The position numbers and the translations under genes were made by a program. Under the pieces are notes generated by a model, which did no database searches, was not told the DNA's origin, and saw only the letters and a program-made list of their open reading frames with translations. DNA of 63,282 nucleotides, the filler included, from Chthonomonadaceae bacterium (GTDB lineage Bacteria; Armatimonadota; Chthonomonadetes; Chthonomonadales; Chthonomonadaceae): assembly GCA_035650735.1 (NCBI GenBank). It is 4 parts of 4 records of this genome, joined end to end, with 100 filler letters (N's around TTAATTAATTAA, not from the genome) between each part and the next. Parts side by side here need not be neighbours in the genome. Positions count along the whole stretch, not along the records: positions 1 to 22,002 come from DASRGZ010000165.1; 3 more parts are not named here. One strand, 5' to 3'. Each line of letters opens with the position of its first letter. Within the stretch, counting starts at the first letter, position 1. This document shows, in pieces, positions 1-8,865 of the stretch.

Positions 1-51
1 TGTTATGCCCTTTTTTGCCTGCTTCGAGAGAGGACTTGGAGGCTGATGACC

Positions 52-83
52 GCTTGGTGCTCGCTAAAAAGCGAGCACCAAGC
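52..83. terminator. Perfect hairpin, probable terminator downstream of the aldehyde dehydrogenase
   Basis: GCTTGGTGCTCGCT-AAAA-AGCGAGCACCAAGC, 14-bp perfect stem about 110 bp past the stop at 196. Confidence 0.5.
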
Positions 84-195
84 CTCTAATGAGCGGCTGG
101 CCTATCTCCTCAAGAGGACCCAAGTGCATCCCACGCTCTAGTATTAAGCACAGGGTATAGCCGACATCGGCCCATCCTAAGGAAAATGCTCTGTC

Positions 196-1653
196 TCACC
201 CGGCGCGGTCAATGGAGATGGTCTTGCTCTGGGTGAAGAAGTCGCGGGCGGCCTGGCCCTGCTCGCGGCTGTAGCTGCTGGAGGCTTTCATGCCGCCGAA
301 GGGTGCTTGCGGCTCCACGCCTGCCGTCTCGCCGTTGATGCGCACCATGCCGACCTGCGCCCGCTCCGCAAACTGGATCGCGGCGTTCAGGTCGCGCGTG
401 AAGAGGGAGGCGGAAAGGCCGTACTCCACGTCGTTGAGGAGGGCGAGCGCCTGGTCAAAGTCGTCGGCCTGCATCAGGCAGAGGACGGGGCCGAAAACCT
501 CCTCCTGCGCGACCCGCATCTGCGGGCGCACGTTGCCGAAGATGGTCGGCTCAACGTAGAAGCCCTTGTCGAAGACCTCGCCGCGCGGCACGCCGCCGCC
601 GCAGAGCAGTTCTGCGCCTTCCGCCCGCGCCGCTTCGATGGCTTGGAGGATGCGCTGCTGCGCCTCCTGCGTGATCACCGGACCGAGGTAGGCGTTCGGG
701 TCGTCGCCGGGGCCGACCTGGAGGGCTTTTGTCTTCTCCACCAGGCGCGCGGTGAACTCCGCGTAGATGTCGCGGTGGATGATGGCGCGCGCCGTGGCCG
801 TGCACTTCTCGCCCGCCGACTTGAATGCGCCCTGCAGCGTCAGCGTCACCGCCTGATCCAGGTTGGCATCCGGCAGGACGATGACCGCATTCTTGCCGCC
901 CATCTCCAACTGGTACTTCTTGCCGTGGGTCACGGCCCATCCGGCCAGCATCTTGCCCGCGCGCACCGAGCCGGTAAAGGAGACCGCCGCGATGGCAGGA
1001 TGCGCCGCCAGCGTCTGCCCGAAGCGCGCGCCCTGCCCGAAGACCACATTGAAGACGCCTGCCGGCAGGCCCGCCTCCGCCAAGCATTGGGCGACGTGCC
1101 AGGCGGTCAGCGGCGCGTGCTCGGAGGGCTTGAGGACGACCGTATTGCCGAAGGCCAGTGCGGGCGCGGCCTTCCAGACGGGGATGGCGATGGGAAAGTT
1201 CCAGGGCGTGATGAGCGTACAGACGCCCAGCGGCACGCGGCGCGTATAGAGGAACGTCGCGGCACTGGCCGACGGAATGACCTCTCCCTCCGGGCGCATG
1301 GTTTCGGCGGCGTAATAGCGCAGCAGCGCCACGGCGCGCAGCGTTTCGCCCTTCGCCTCCGGAAGGGATTTGCCCTCCTCGCGCATCAGATCGCGGGCCA
1401 CTGCGTCGGCGCGCTTTTCGAGGATATCCGCCGCACGGCGCAGGAACTCTCCGCGCGCCTGAGAAGCCAGCGCCGCCCAGCCCGACTGTGCGGCTGCTGC
1501 CGCTTCGATGGCCCGCCCGGCGTCCGCCTCGTCGGAGTTGGGAAACTCGCCGAGAATATCGTTGCGGTCCGCCGGGTTGATGTCGGGCAGGTACGCGCCG
1601 CTGGCGGGCGCGGCCCAGCTTCCACCGATGAAATTGGCATATCTACTGCTCAA
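196..1653 (-). CDS. NAD(P)-dependent aldehyde dehydrogenase (alpha-ketoglutaric semialdehyde dehydrogenase-like)
   Basis: ITPWNFP, FTGS, LEMGGKNA, catalytic Cys in GEKCTA, EEVFGPV, PFGGMKAS; TTG start. Confidence 0.93.
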   Translation of the reverse strand: MSSRYANFIGGSWAAPASGAYLPDINPADRNDILGEFPNSDEADAGRAIEAAAAAQSGWAALASQARGEFLRRAADILEKRADAVARDLMREEGKSLPEAKGETLRAVALLRYYAAETMRPEGEVIPSASAATFLYTRRVPLGVCTLITPWNFPIAIPVWKAAPALAFGNTVVLKPSEHAPLTAWHVAQCLAEAGLPAGVFNVVFGQGARFGQTLAAHPAIAAVSFTGSVRAGKMLAGWAVTHGKKYQLEMGGKNAVIVLPDANLDQAVTLTLQGAFKSAGEKCTATARAIIHRDIYAEFTARLVEKTKALQVGPGDDPNAYLGPVITQEAQQRILQAIEAARAEGAELLCGGGVPRGEVFDKGFYVEPTIFGNVRPQMRVAQEEVFGPVLCLMQADDFDQALALLNDVEYGLSASLFTRDLNAAIQFAERAQVGMVRINGETAGVEPQAPFGGMKASSSYSREQGQAARDFFTQSKTISIDRAG

Positions 1654-1801
1654 TGGTTCTCTCCGTTTCCTGGCAGGTAGCAGGAAGCCAACGAAAGGAG
1701 AGAACAGAAATGCAGCCTCAAGAGTTCTCTCCGTTTCCTGGCAGGGCCTGCGGGAAGAACGCCTGCCTGTTTTGTTCGTCAGGGTGCTTTGGTGGCCTTG
1801 A

Positions 1802-2791
1802 TCAGGCTCTGGAAATTGGCTTCCTTGATTTCTTCACGTGTCCATCCACATAGGCAACGGCGCGCATGCCGTCCGGTCCGGGGCTGGCCTCGTACAGGAG
1901 CGGCGTCTCTGCGGGTCTGGATATCGCCGCCAGGCTCTTGCGCGACAGGTTGACGTTGGGCTGATACGGCTCCTTCGTTTGCGGATGGACGAAAAGCTCG
2001 TCGTTCTTCACATAGGGATCGATTGCCTTCTTGGGCGCGCTGGGGTCTTTCATAGGCGGGAGCTTCTCGTTATTGTCCTGGGAATACATCAACACGCCCA
2101 GGGCCAGCTGCTTCAGATTGCTTATTGAGGACGTCTCTACCGCGTTCTCGCGGGCTTGCTGAAAGACAGGCGCAAGGATACTGCCGGTGTCGCCTTCGGC
2201 AAGCTCCTGGTTGAGATCGAAAGGTCGAATCTCGGTCAGGCGGCTGATCGTCTTGAGGTTGAGCAGCGCCAGCGAGAGCGAGCCCTCCGAAGTGCGCTTG
2301 GCGGCAAGCAGTTGCCCGAAGTCCGGTTCCTTGTTGGGATTCTGCTGCGCTTGGGCCATCAGGGTCATCGGGTTCGGCTGCTTCTTTTGCAGGGTATAGG
2401 CAATTAAAAAGGTCTCCCCGCCCGGGGTTACCGTCCGCCCCTGCGTGTCGTACACGCTGGCGTTGCTGCCGCCGCCGAACAGATTGCTCAAGAACATCAT
2501 GCCCAGCATGGCGTCCATGTCCGGGTTCTTTTTGCCCGCACCGCCGGACATTCCGGCCAGCATTCCCATCTGCATGATCTGGTTCATCCTGTCCTCGAAG
2601 CCGCCGAACGTGGTGGTGTCCCGGACGCTCATGCGCCGCCAATCGCCATTGAGGTCCTTGAGTTGGAGGCTCAGGGGAACGTCCTTGCCGGAAAGATCCT
2701 TACCGGAAAGCAGTAGTTGAAAAGCCGTCTCCTACCCGAACGCGGGAACCGCCAGAGCCAGGATTACCGCGCACAGAGCTATACCGCGCAT
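1802..2791 (-). pseudogene. Secreted protein with C-terminal DUF1559/H-X9-DG-like domain, disrupted
   Basis: Signal peptide MRGIALCAVILALAVPAFG, then an in-frame TAG (2732-2734), then the frame continues into the 276-aa ORF (QQARENA..SISNLKQLALG..VDGHVK); probable 1-nt deletion near 1830. Confidence 0.7.
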
Positions 2792-2886
2792 CGTCGTTCT
2801 CTCCTTTTTAGATCGGTGTATTGCGTTGCGCCGGGGCAGCGAGCGTGAGAGTTGCAGCGCGCCTACCCGAATACAGGACACAGCAC

Positions 2887-2913
2887 GTAGGGGCGCTGCT
2901 TGCGCGCCCCTAC
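2887..2913. repeat. REP-like GTAG palindrome
   Basis: GTAGGGGCGC-TGCTTGC-GCGCCCCTAC. Confidence 0.5.
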
Positions 2914-2958
2914 AAAGTACCGGCTGAGAGCGGCGAAGGGCCTTCACCGCCTGTGGGA

Positions 2959-3441
2959 TCAGACGCGCCCCTCGGCCAGAGTACAATAAGCCCCATAGAT
3001 CTCTAAAAGCTGTAGCCGGGTGGCCTGAAGCCGCTGGGCGATAATGCTGGCGAATTGCTTCATCAGCGCATAGCCCAGATCGTGGTCTTCTTCGCACTTG
3101 CCACGCAGACATTTTCCGTCCAGGGCAAAGGCGAGGGTCGGTTCGACCGCGCGCGCATCGAAACGCCATCGGTGCGGCGGAATCAGCCAGGACCACCCCA
3201 GCACATCGCCCTCTCCCAGCGTTTGAATAGTGATAGCGGCGCGGTCGGGCATGGACACCTCCAGCGCAACTTTGCCGTGGCGCAGAAGATAAAGCTGATT
3301 GGCTTCCGCGCCCTCACGAAAAATAAACTCTCCTGGAGCGAAGCGCACATTCGCGGCACACCCAACCATCAGGGGCAGGTAGCGTCGCTCTAGCCCTTCG
3401 AAGAAGGGATGCGCTGCCAGAACACGTTCCAGTGTCTCCAT
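2959..3441 (-). CDS. Stand-alone cyclic nucleotide-binding (Crp/Fnr-type cNMP) domain protein
   Basis: FIFREGAEANQLYLLRHGKV, LGEGDVLGWS; no HTH; AAGGAG upstream of METLE. Confidence 0.85.
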   Translation of the reverse strand: METLERVLAAHPFFEGLERRYLPLMVGCAANVRFAPGEFIFREGAEANQLYLLRHGKVALEVSMPDRAAITIQTLGEGDVLGWSWLIPPHRWRFDARAVEPTLAFALDGKCLRGKCEEDHDLGYALMKQFASIIAQRLQATRLQLLEIYGAYCTLAEGRV

Positions 3442-3705
3442 CGGCCTTCTCCTTCGGCACGGCGATCCCTGGCGCAACTTCCTCTTCACTCGTCTCTCGT
3501 AATCCCGTTCTCCACCGATGCCGCGCCCAATACCTGAACCCGCGTGATGGCGATAGTGTACAGAGCGGCCACGAAAAAGTCAAGACGTTATTCCATCGGG
3601 ATAACGCGCAGGATTCTGCCGATTGTAAGGCGAACGGGAGCGTGGATTTGCGCGTAACTAGGACATCGTGACTTAAGAAGTGGCAGCCCCGCTCTAAACG
3701 TAGTT

Positions 3706-3777
3706 GAAGGAGGAAGGATGAAGGCAGAAGGATGAAACAAGCAAGGTCTCTTTCATCCGTCCTCCTTCCGCCTTCAT
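3706..3777. repeat. Inverted heptamer tandem-repeat (STRR-like) hairpin
   Basis: GAAGGAG GAAGGAT GAAGGCA GAAGGAT GAA ... TTCATCC GTCCTCC TTCCGCC TTCAT. Confidence 0.6.
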
Positions 3778-3831
3778 CTTTTGGAGAGACAACTACGTTT
3801 TAGCGGGGCGTTACCTAAGGAGTTTGCTGGA

Positions 3832-4992
3832 GTGAAGATACACGAATACCAGGCCAAGGAGATATTGAGGCAGTACGGCGTGCCCGTGCCCCAGAACGCG
3901 GGCGTGACGGCGACGCCGCAGGAGGCGCGGGCTGCCGTGGAGCGGCTGGGCGGGCGCGGCGTCGTCAAGGCGCAGGTGCATTCGGGCGGGCGCGGCAAGG
4001 CGGGAGGCATCAAGGTCGCCAACTCGCCGGAGGAGGCCGAGCAGATGGCCCATCAGATGCTGGGAATGCTGCTCAAGACCCATCAGGTGCCGCAAGGCAT
4101 TCGGGTGGACAAGGTGCTGATCGAGGAGCCGATCACCATTGCCAGGGAGTACTACGTCGGCATCGTTCCCGACCGCGAAACGCAGCGTAACGTTTTCATC
4201 GTCAGCGCCAAAGGCGGTATGGAGATTGAGGCCGTAGCTGAAGATGATCCGGGCGCCATCGCTCGCCTGCCGATAGACCCTCTGGAGGGCGTGTGGGACT
4301 TCCAGTTGCGGCAGGCGCTCTATGATGCGCGGATTGACCTCGCCCTGGTCAACAAGATGGTTCCGATCCTGAGCCGGCTTTATGCCGCCTACGTAAGCGC
4401 CGACGCCACCCTGGCCGAGATCAACCCACTGGCGGTGACCGACGACGGGCGGATTCTGGCCGCCGACGCCAAGTTCCAGATTGACGACAGCGCGCTGTTC
4501 CGCCATCCGGAGTTTGCCGCCTACGCGGAGGAGAGCGAGGAAGACCCCATCGAGGCGGAGGCGCACAAACTCGATATCGCCTACGTGCGCCTGGGCGGGG
4601 ATGTCGGCATTCTCTCCAACGGCGCGGGCCTGACCATGACGACGATGGATGAGGTCAAGCGTGCGGGCGGCAACCCGGCAGACTTCCTGGACGTGGGCGG
4701 TGGCGCGCAGGCCGACCGGGTGCGCGCCTGCCTGCAGCTCGTGCTCTCCGACCCGAACGTCAAGGGCATCCTGATCAACATCTTCGGCGGCATCACGCGC
4801 TGCGATGAGGTTGCCAAAGGAATCGTCGCGGCCACGCAGTCTATTGAGATTAACGTGCCCATCGTCGTGCGGCTGGCCGGGACGCGGGCGGAGGAGGGCA
4901 CGCAGATCCTGGCGCAGGCCCACCTGATTCCCGCCGGCACCATGCAGGAGGCTGCCGCCAAGATCGTCAGTCTGGTCAAGCAGGCGGCATAG
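3832..4992 (+). CDS. sucC: Succinyl-CoA ligase (ADP-forming) beta subunit
   Basis: (M)KIHEYQAK, KAQVHSGGRGKAGG, EINPL, NGAGL, NIFGGITRCD; GTG start after AAGGAG. Confidence 0.96.
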   Translation: MKIHEYQAKEILRQYGVPVPQNAGVTATPQEARAAVERLGGRGVVKAQVHSGGRGKAGGIKVANSPEEAEQMAHQMLGMLLKTHQVPQGIRVDKVLIEEPITIAREYYVGIVPDRETQRNVFIVSAKGGMEIEAVAEDDPGAIARLPIDPLEGVWDFQLRQALYDARIDLALVNKMVPILSRLYAAYVSADATLAEINPLAVTDDGRILAADAKFQIDDSALFRHPEFAAYAEESEEDPIEAEAHKLDIAYVRLGGDVGILSNGAGLTMTTMDEVKRAGGNPADFLDVGGGAQADRVRACLQLVLSDPNVKGILINIFGGITRCDEVAKGIVAATQSIEINVPIVVRLAGTRAEEGTQILAQAHLIPAGTMQEAAAKIVSLVKQAA

Positions 4993-5003
4993 GGCATAAG
5001 CCC

Positions 5004-5320
5004 GGCCTCTCTCCTTTAGAAGGAGAGAGGCCCTCACCCCCGGCCCCTCTCCTGTTCTTGGGGGAGGGGAGCAGCCCTTACTCCTAGGTTCTTCCGTTCT
5101 GGGTAGACACTCCCAGCCGTATTGATCAATCTCACGCAGCCTGCTGCTGAGGAGATACGTCCACACCGTTGGGAGCGATTACCCCGTTCTGCCTTCTCTC
5201 CGCTCATCCCCGGCCCTTCTCCCTGCAAGGCAGAAGGGAGAGCAGATGCCGACTCTCCCCTCTCCCGCAGCGCCGGGAAAGGGGATGGGGGTGAGGGCCA
5301 TTCGGGCCGGGGGGGTTAGG
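5004..5320. repeat. Terminator-like hairpin plus cluster of CCCTCACCCC/CCCCGGCCC palindromic repeats between convergent sucC and aspS
   Basis: GGCCTCTCTCCTT..AAGGAGAGAGGCC (5004-5032); related units at about 5030, 5203 and 5256, also at 14097, 27055 and 41157. Confidence 0.65.
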
Positions 5321-5340
5321 TCAAACGGTTGGAGATACGG

Positions 5341-6642
5341 CTACGGCGTTAATCGCTGCATATCGCGCGGGAAGAGCGTGGTTTCCCGGATGTTCTGCGC
5401 GTCCACCAGGCGGGCGACCCAGCGTTCCAGGCCGATGGCGAAGCCTCCGTGGGGCGGCATTCCGTATTGGAACGCTTCTAGATAGGAAGCGAACGGCTCC
5501 GGGTTCAGGCCGCGCGCCGCCAGCGCGGAGAGATAGTCCGCATAGCGATGGAGCCGCTGCCCGCCTGTTACCAGTTCCAGTCCCCGAAACAGCAGGTCGA
5601 AGCTATTGGAATATTGAGGCCGCTCCGGGTCAGGATGGGTGTAGAAAGGCCGCTTGACCATCGGGTAGCCGGTCACGAACAGAAACTCCGAGCCGTGCTG
5701 GCGCAGCGCCCATTCGCCCAGCCAACGCTCATGGGCGGGCGCGAGGTCAGGTTCATTGCGCGCGTCTTCCCCGGTCTGCCGGAAAATCAACTCCTGGGCC
5801 TCGGCGAAATGGAGGACCGGAATCGGTGACGGCACTTCCGGTACGACTACCTTCAGCAGTTCCAGCGCCCCCTGCGCCTCCTCCCGCAAGCCTTCCACCA
5901 TCCCGCGCACTACCTCGGTCAGCATCGCCATGACCGTCGTATGGTCTTGAATAAAGCCCATCTCTACATCCAGCGAAACATACTCGCTTAGATGGCGCGG
6001 CGTGTCGTGCGGCTCGGCGCGAAACACCGGCCCGACCTCGAAGACACGCTCAAAGACGCCGACCATGATCTGCTTGTAGAACTGCGGGCTTTGCGCTAAA
6101 TACGCTTGCCTGCCGAAGTAGTCTATGGCAAAGACGTTCGCGCCGCCCTCGGTGGCCGAGCCGACGATCTTGGGCGTCTGAATCTCGACAAAGCCGTGCG
6201 CCTTCAGCGTCGTGCGAAAGCCGGACATTGTAGCAGCAGCCATCTGGAACAGGGCGCGCTGCCGGGGATGGCGCAGCGCCACCGGCGCATGGTCGAGCAG
6301 CATCGGAAGCTGCACTTTAAGCGCCGGGCGAAACATCTCGCAGGGCGGCGGCGCGACCGCCGGAGAGAGTACCTCTACGCACGGCTGATGTATTTCATAG
6401 CCGCTCGCCGCCTGCGTCCCCGTGATTACCGTTCCCTCGACGGCCAGCACCGACTCCGGATGTAAGCCTGCCAGTTGCCCGACGAGCGCCGGGTCTTCCA
6501 CGACGATCTGGGCCAGCCCTTTGCCGTCCCGGAGAATGAGGAAGCTGACGTTGCGAAGCTGGCGCAGACGGTGCAGCCATCCGGCCAACCGCACGCGCTC
6601 TCCCACATGCCGACCGATTTCGGTCGTCCATACACGCTGCAT
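5341..6642 (-). CDS. aspS: Aspartate--tRNA ligase, short archaeal/non-discriminating type
   Basis: 433 aa without GAD insertion; YLAQSPQFYKQ, FRAEPHDTPRHL, GMPPHGGFAIGLER, FPRD; GGAGG RBS. Confidence 0.93.
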   Translation of the reverse strand: MQRVWTTEIGRHVGERVRLAGWLHRLRQLRNVSFLILRDGKGLAQIVVEDPALVGQLAGLHPESVLAVEGTVITGTQAASGYEIHQPCVEVLSPAVAPPPCEMFRPALKVQLPMLLDHAPVALRHPRQRALFQMAAATMSGFRTTLKAHGFVEIQTPKIVGSATEGGANVFAIDYFGRQAYLAQSPQFYKQIMVGVFERVFEVGPVFRAEPHDTPRHLSEYVSLDVEMGFIQDHTTVMAMLTEVVRGMVEGLREEAQGALELLKVVVPEVPSPIPVLHFAEAQELIFRQTGEDARNEPDLAPAHERWLGEWALRQHGSEFLFVTGYPMVKRPFYTHPDPERPQYSNSFDLLFRGLELVTGGQRLHRYADYLSALAARGLNPEPFASYLEAFQYGMPPHGGFAIGLERWVARLVDAQNIRETTLFPRDMQRLTP

Positions 6643-6654
6643 AGTGACACCTCC

Positions 6655-6992
6655 AAAGAGAATACGCCCCCTCGCCATGCGGACGAGGGGGCGTCGTGGT
6701 GCCACCGCATTTCGCTGCGCGTTAAGAATGTGCCTGACGACCAGGCCCCGTCCTCTCCCCAAGCATTGAATGGAGAGAAGACGAGCGCAAGGGCGATATT
6801 CACTCTAGAACAAAACGCAGCCTTGTATGCCCAGTAACGGAGGCAAGCCGTCGGGACTTACTGAGTCACAGAGATATGTGGCCGTTCCTTCCCGCGCTCC
6901 GGAGGGTCTTCACAGGGATTGGAGGCCGCCATTCCAGCAACGGCGGCTCTCTGGACTCCAGGCGCTCCTGCTACTTCTCTCCATCATCGCTT
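6655..6992 (-). promoter_or_regulatory. T-box riboswitch with Asp specifier
   Basis: GCGATGATGG..AGTAG, AGAGA and GCTG motifs of stem I, GAA-GAC specifier (6906-6911), T-box AATGCGGTGGCACCACG (6695-6711), terminator stem 6664-6694; TATAAT at 6999-7004. Confidence 0.88.
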
Positions 6993-7071
6993 TCCACAAT
7001 TATAAAACACTAAAAACGAATTAACTTCGCTGAAAATTCAGAGGAGACCATACCCGTATGCAATTACCTAT

Positions 7072-7383
7072 CTAATACTTGTCTCCGATCTCGGTCGAGT
7101 CGATGAGGATCAGTTTACTTGGTGGGCCTTGCAGCTTCAAGTAGTAGGCGTAGAGCCTACCTCCCCGGACAACGAAGACATACGGCTCACTGCCGGTCGC
7201 CGGGATGGCCGAGACATGCCCGTCCTGCGTGTCTGGAGCCGCGCTTACCGGTGCGGGCGTGAGGGCAGCCTGCAAGAGCAGGGCCAAGAGCGCGGCAGGA
7301 AGCAGGTATAGGAGGAGCTTGGGTACTCGATCCATGGTCCTGCGCAGGTAAAGCGGGAACGGGTCTGCGTTCTGTTGATCCAT
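7072..7383 (-). CDS. Small secreted hypothetical protein
   Basis: Hydrophobic signal-like segment, AAAGGA RBS; no recognised family. Confidence 0.55.
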   Translation of the reverse strand: MDQQNADPFPLYLRRTMDRVPKLLLYLLPAALLALLLQAALTPAPVSAAPDTQDGHVSAIPATGSEPYVFVVRGGRLYAYYLKLQGPPSKLILIDSTEIGDKY

Positions 7384-7515
7384 CGCAATGGTTCCTTTCG
7401 TTCACCATTTGAGAGCGTCAATGGCAGTAAGGGCATCAGGCTGGTCCCTGGTTAGGTCGGATTGACGTCTGTAAACGGAGGAAGAGTTTTCTGGCGTACA
7501 TTCAAGAAAGGCCGC

Positions 7516-7989
7516 TTAGAAGGTCAGTTCCAGCGCCTCACCTTTGGGCAACTGCGCCCAGCGTTTGTGAAGGTCACGGGCCTTCGCGCGTATCTGCGTC
7601 AGTTGTTCGACCGTGATGGGCGGCATGGAAACTTCACGGGCGGCACACGTCTGCGCCAGCGTCTCCAATAGCTCGGCATCGCTCATGGGCGGGCCGCCGC
7701 TATAGCCCGCAAACTGCACCAGACCGGCCAGGCCCTCCGCCCAGCCCTCTTCCTGCGTGTAGTTCTCTTTCACGCCGTCCCTGGTTCCGAACGAATCGAG
7801 GTCGCGCCCTTTCGCCACCAGGCCGAGAAAGGCGTCCTTGTAGCCGAGCGTCGTCTCGACGGCGTAGTGGATAAGGTCATGGTAGGCGAAAAAGTCCGAG
7901 GAACGCTGCCATGTAGTAGAGCCATCCTCGCGGATGCAGGTCAGCGTGCCGGGTTTGCCGTTCTTGCCTTTCGAGAGGCGGATAACCAT
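7516..7989 (-). CDS. Conserved hypothetical protein
   Basis: LTCIREDGSTTW...HDLIHYAVETTLG; GAAGGAAGG RBS. Confidence 0.7.
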   Translation of the reverse strand: MVIRLSKGKNGKPGTLTCIREDGSTTWQRSSDFFAYHDLIHYAVETTLGYKDAFLGLVAKGRDLDSFGTRDGVKENYTQEEGWAEGLAGLVQFAGYSGGPPMSDAELLETLAQTCAAREVSMPPITVEQLTQIRAKARDLHKRWAQLPKGEALELTF

Positions 7990-8098
7990 CGCAACCTTCC
8001 TTCGAGAACATGAGAACAGAGCAGAGCGGTCATCGCAGAGCAAGCGGCGAGGCTCGACCATATCGCAACCTTCCTTCGAGAACGTGAGAACAGAGCAG
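7988..8098. repeat. 37-bp direct repeat (2 copies) duplicating an RBS/start region
   Basis: 7988-8024 versus 8062-8098, one mismatch. Confidence 0.85.
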
Positions 8099-8343
8099 CC
8101 CCGCCTACAATTTGGGAGAGTTCCAGGGAACCTCTGCCTGGCTAAGATAAATTTTGCGCGCGTAAAGTTGCAGTGGACCTCTGGCGAACCTATCCTGTTT
8201 TACGTTGGAGATACCCGAATGCGCAGCCAGCGATAAGCGACAGGAGGCAGCAGTAACGAGCGGCGGAGTCGAGCACGTTTATAATCGGGCTATTGCGGAG
8301 CGCGCGGAAAATGTATATCATTGGGACAGGCAGAAGCAGACAG

Positions 8344-8375
8344 AAAAAAGAGAGTGGGACGGCCATCCCACTCTC
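8344..8375 (-). terminator. Intrinsic terminator, minus strand
   Basis: GAGAGTGGGA-TGGCCG-TCCCACTCTC followed by TTTTTT. Confidence 0.7.
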
Positions 8376-8484
8376 CCTTGTCAACTTCTGCCTTGCGCGA
8401 CTTGACTGGCGCGCTTGCCGCGCAGACCGGACTGTGTGACAGCACAGTCCTGATACTGCGCCAAAAGAAAGGAGGAAGTGAGGT

Positions 8485-8589
8485 ATGACCACAACATACC
8501 TGCTCCTCGGCATCGTGGCTCACACGATGGCCATCGCCTACTACACCTATGCGTTCTGGCGCATAAGGCGTAAGGACCGCGAAGGCTAG
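8485..8589 (+). CDS. 34-aa hydrophobic peptide, candidate type I toxin
   Basis: MTTTYLLLGIVAHTMAIAYYTYAFWRIRRKDREG; AGAAAGGAGG RBS 9 nt upstream; own terminator; below the ORF-track length cutoff. Confidence 0.65.
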   Translation: MTTTYLLLGIVAHTMAIAYYTYAFWRIRRKDREG

Positions 8590-8605
8590 GGCGAAGGCCC
8601 TGCCG

Positions 8606-8650
8606 CAGCCTCGCTGGAATGACTCTTCCGGCGGGGCTGTCTTTCCTTCT
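8606..8650 (+). terminator. Intrinsic terminator of the small-peptide gene
   Basis: CAGCCTCGCTGGAA-TGACTC-TTCCGGCGGGGCTG (G-U pairs work only on + strand) then TCTTTCCTTCT. Confidence 0.65.
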
Positions 8651-8710
8651 CCGCCGCGCTGGGCGGTCGCGGCATGGATGATCGGAATCAGTCCATGTCG
8701 CTTACGGTTT

Positions 8711-8811
8711 ATTGTAGCACGATGCACATGTAAACGCAAGCGCATACAGAAAGGAGAGAAAGATCAATTCATTCGCCCACGGTTGTAACACGGTATCTCA
8801 GGAATTGTCAA
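8711..8811 (-). promoter_or_regulatory. Two tandem sigma70-like promoters pointing antisense to the peptide gene
   Basis: TTGCGT-N17-TACAAT with TG extension (8739-8711); TTGACA-N18-TACAAC (8811-8782). Confidence 0.55.
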
Positions 8812-8865
8812 AGCCTTTTTCCGCATTTGCTATCCAGACGGCTTCACGTTTGCGGCCAGCGGCCA

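Noticed and set aside
2732..2734. Amber read-through or recoded TAG
   Set aside because: TAG is the normal stop of sucC, aspS and others; the gene has a second probable lesion; no pyl genes seen
7988..8098. 37-bp repeat with 37-bp spacer resembling a minimal CRISPR array
   Set aside because: Only two copies, not palindromic, contains the RBS and start of the adjacent gene, and no cas genes are present
8190..8366. Hydrophobic minus-strand ORF MAVPLSFFCLLL
   Set aside because: Its start lies inside a terminator hairpin and it has no recognisable motif; not excluded but unsupported
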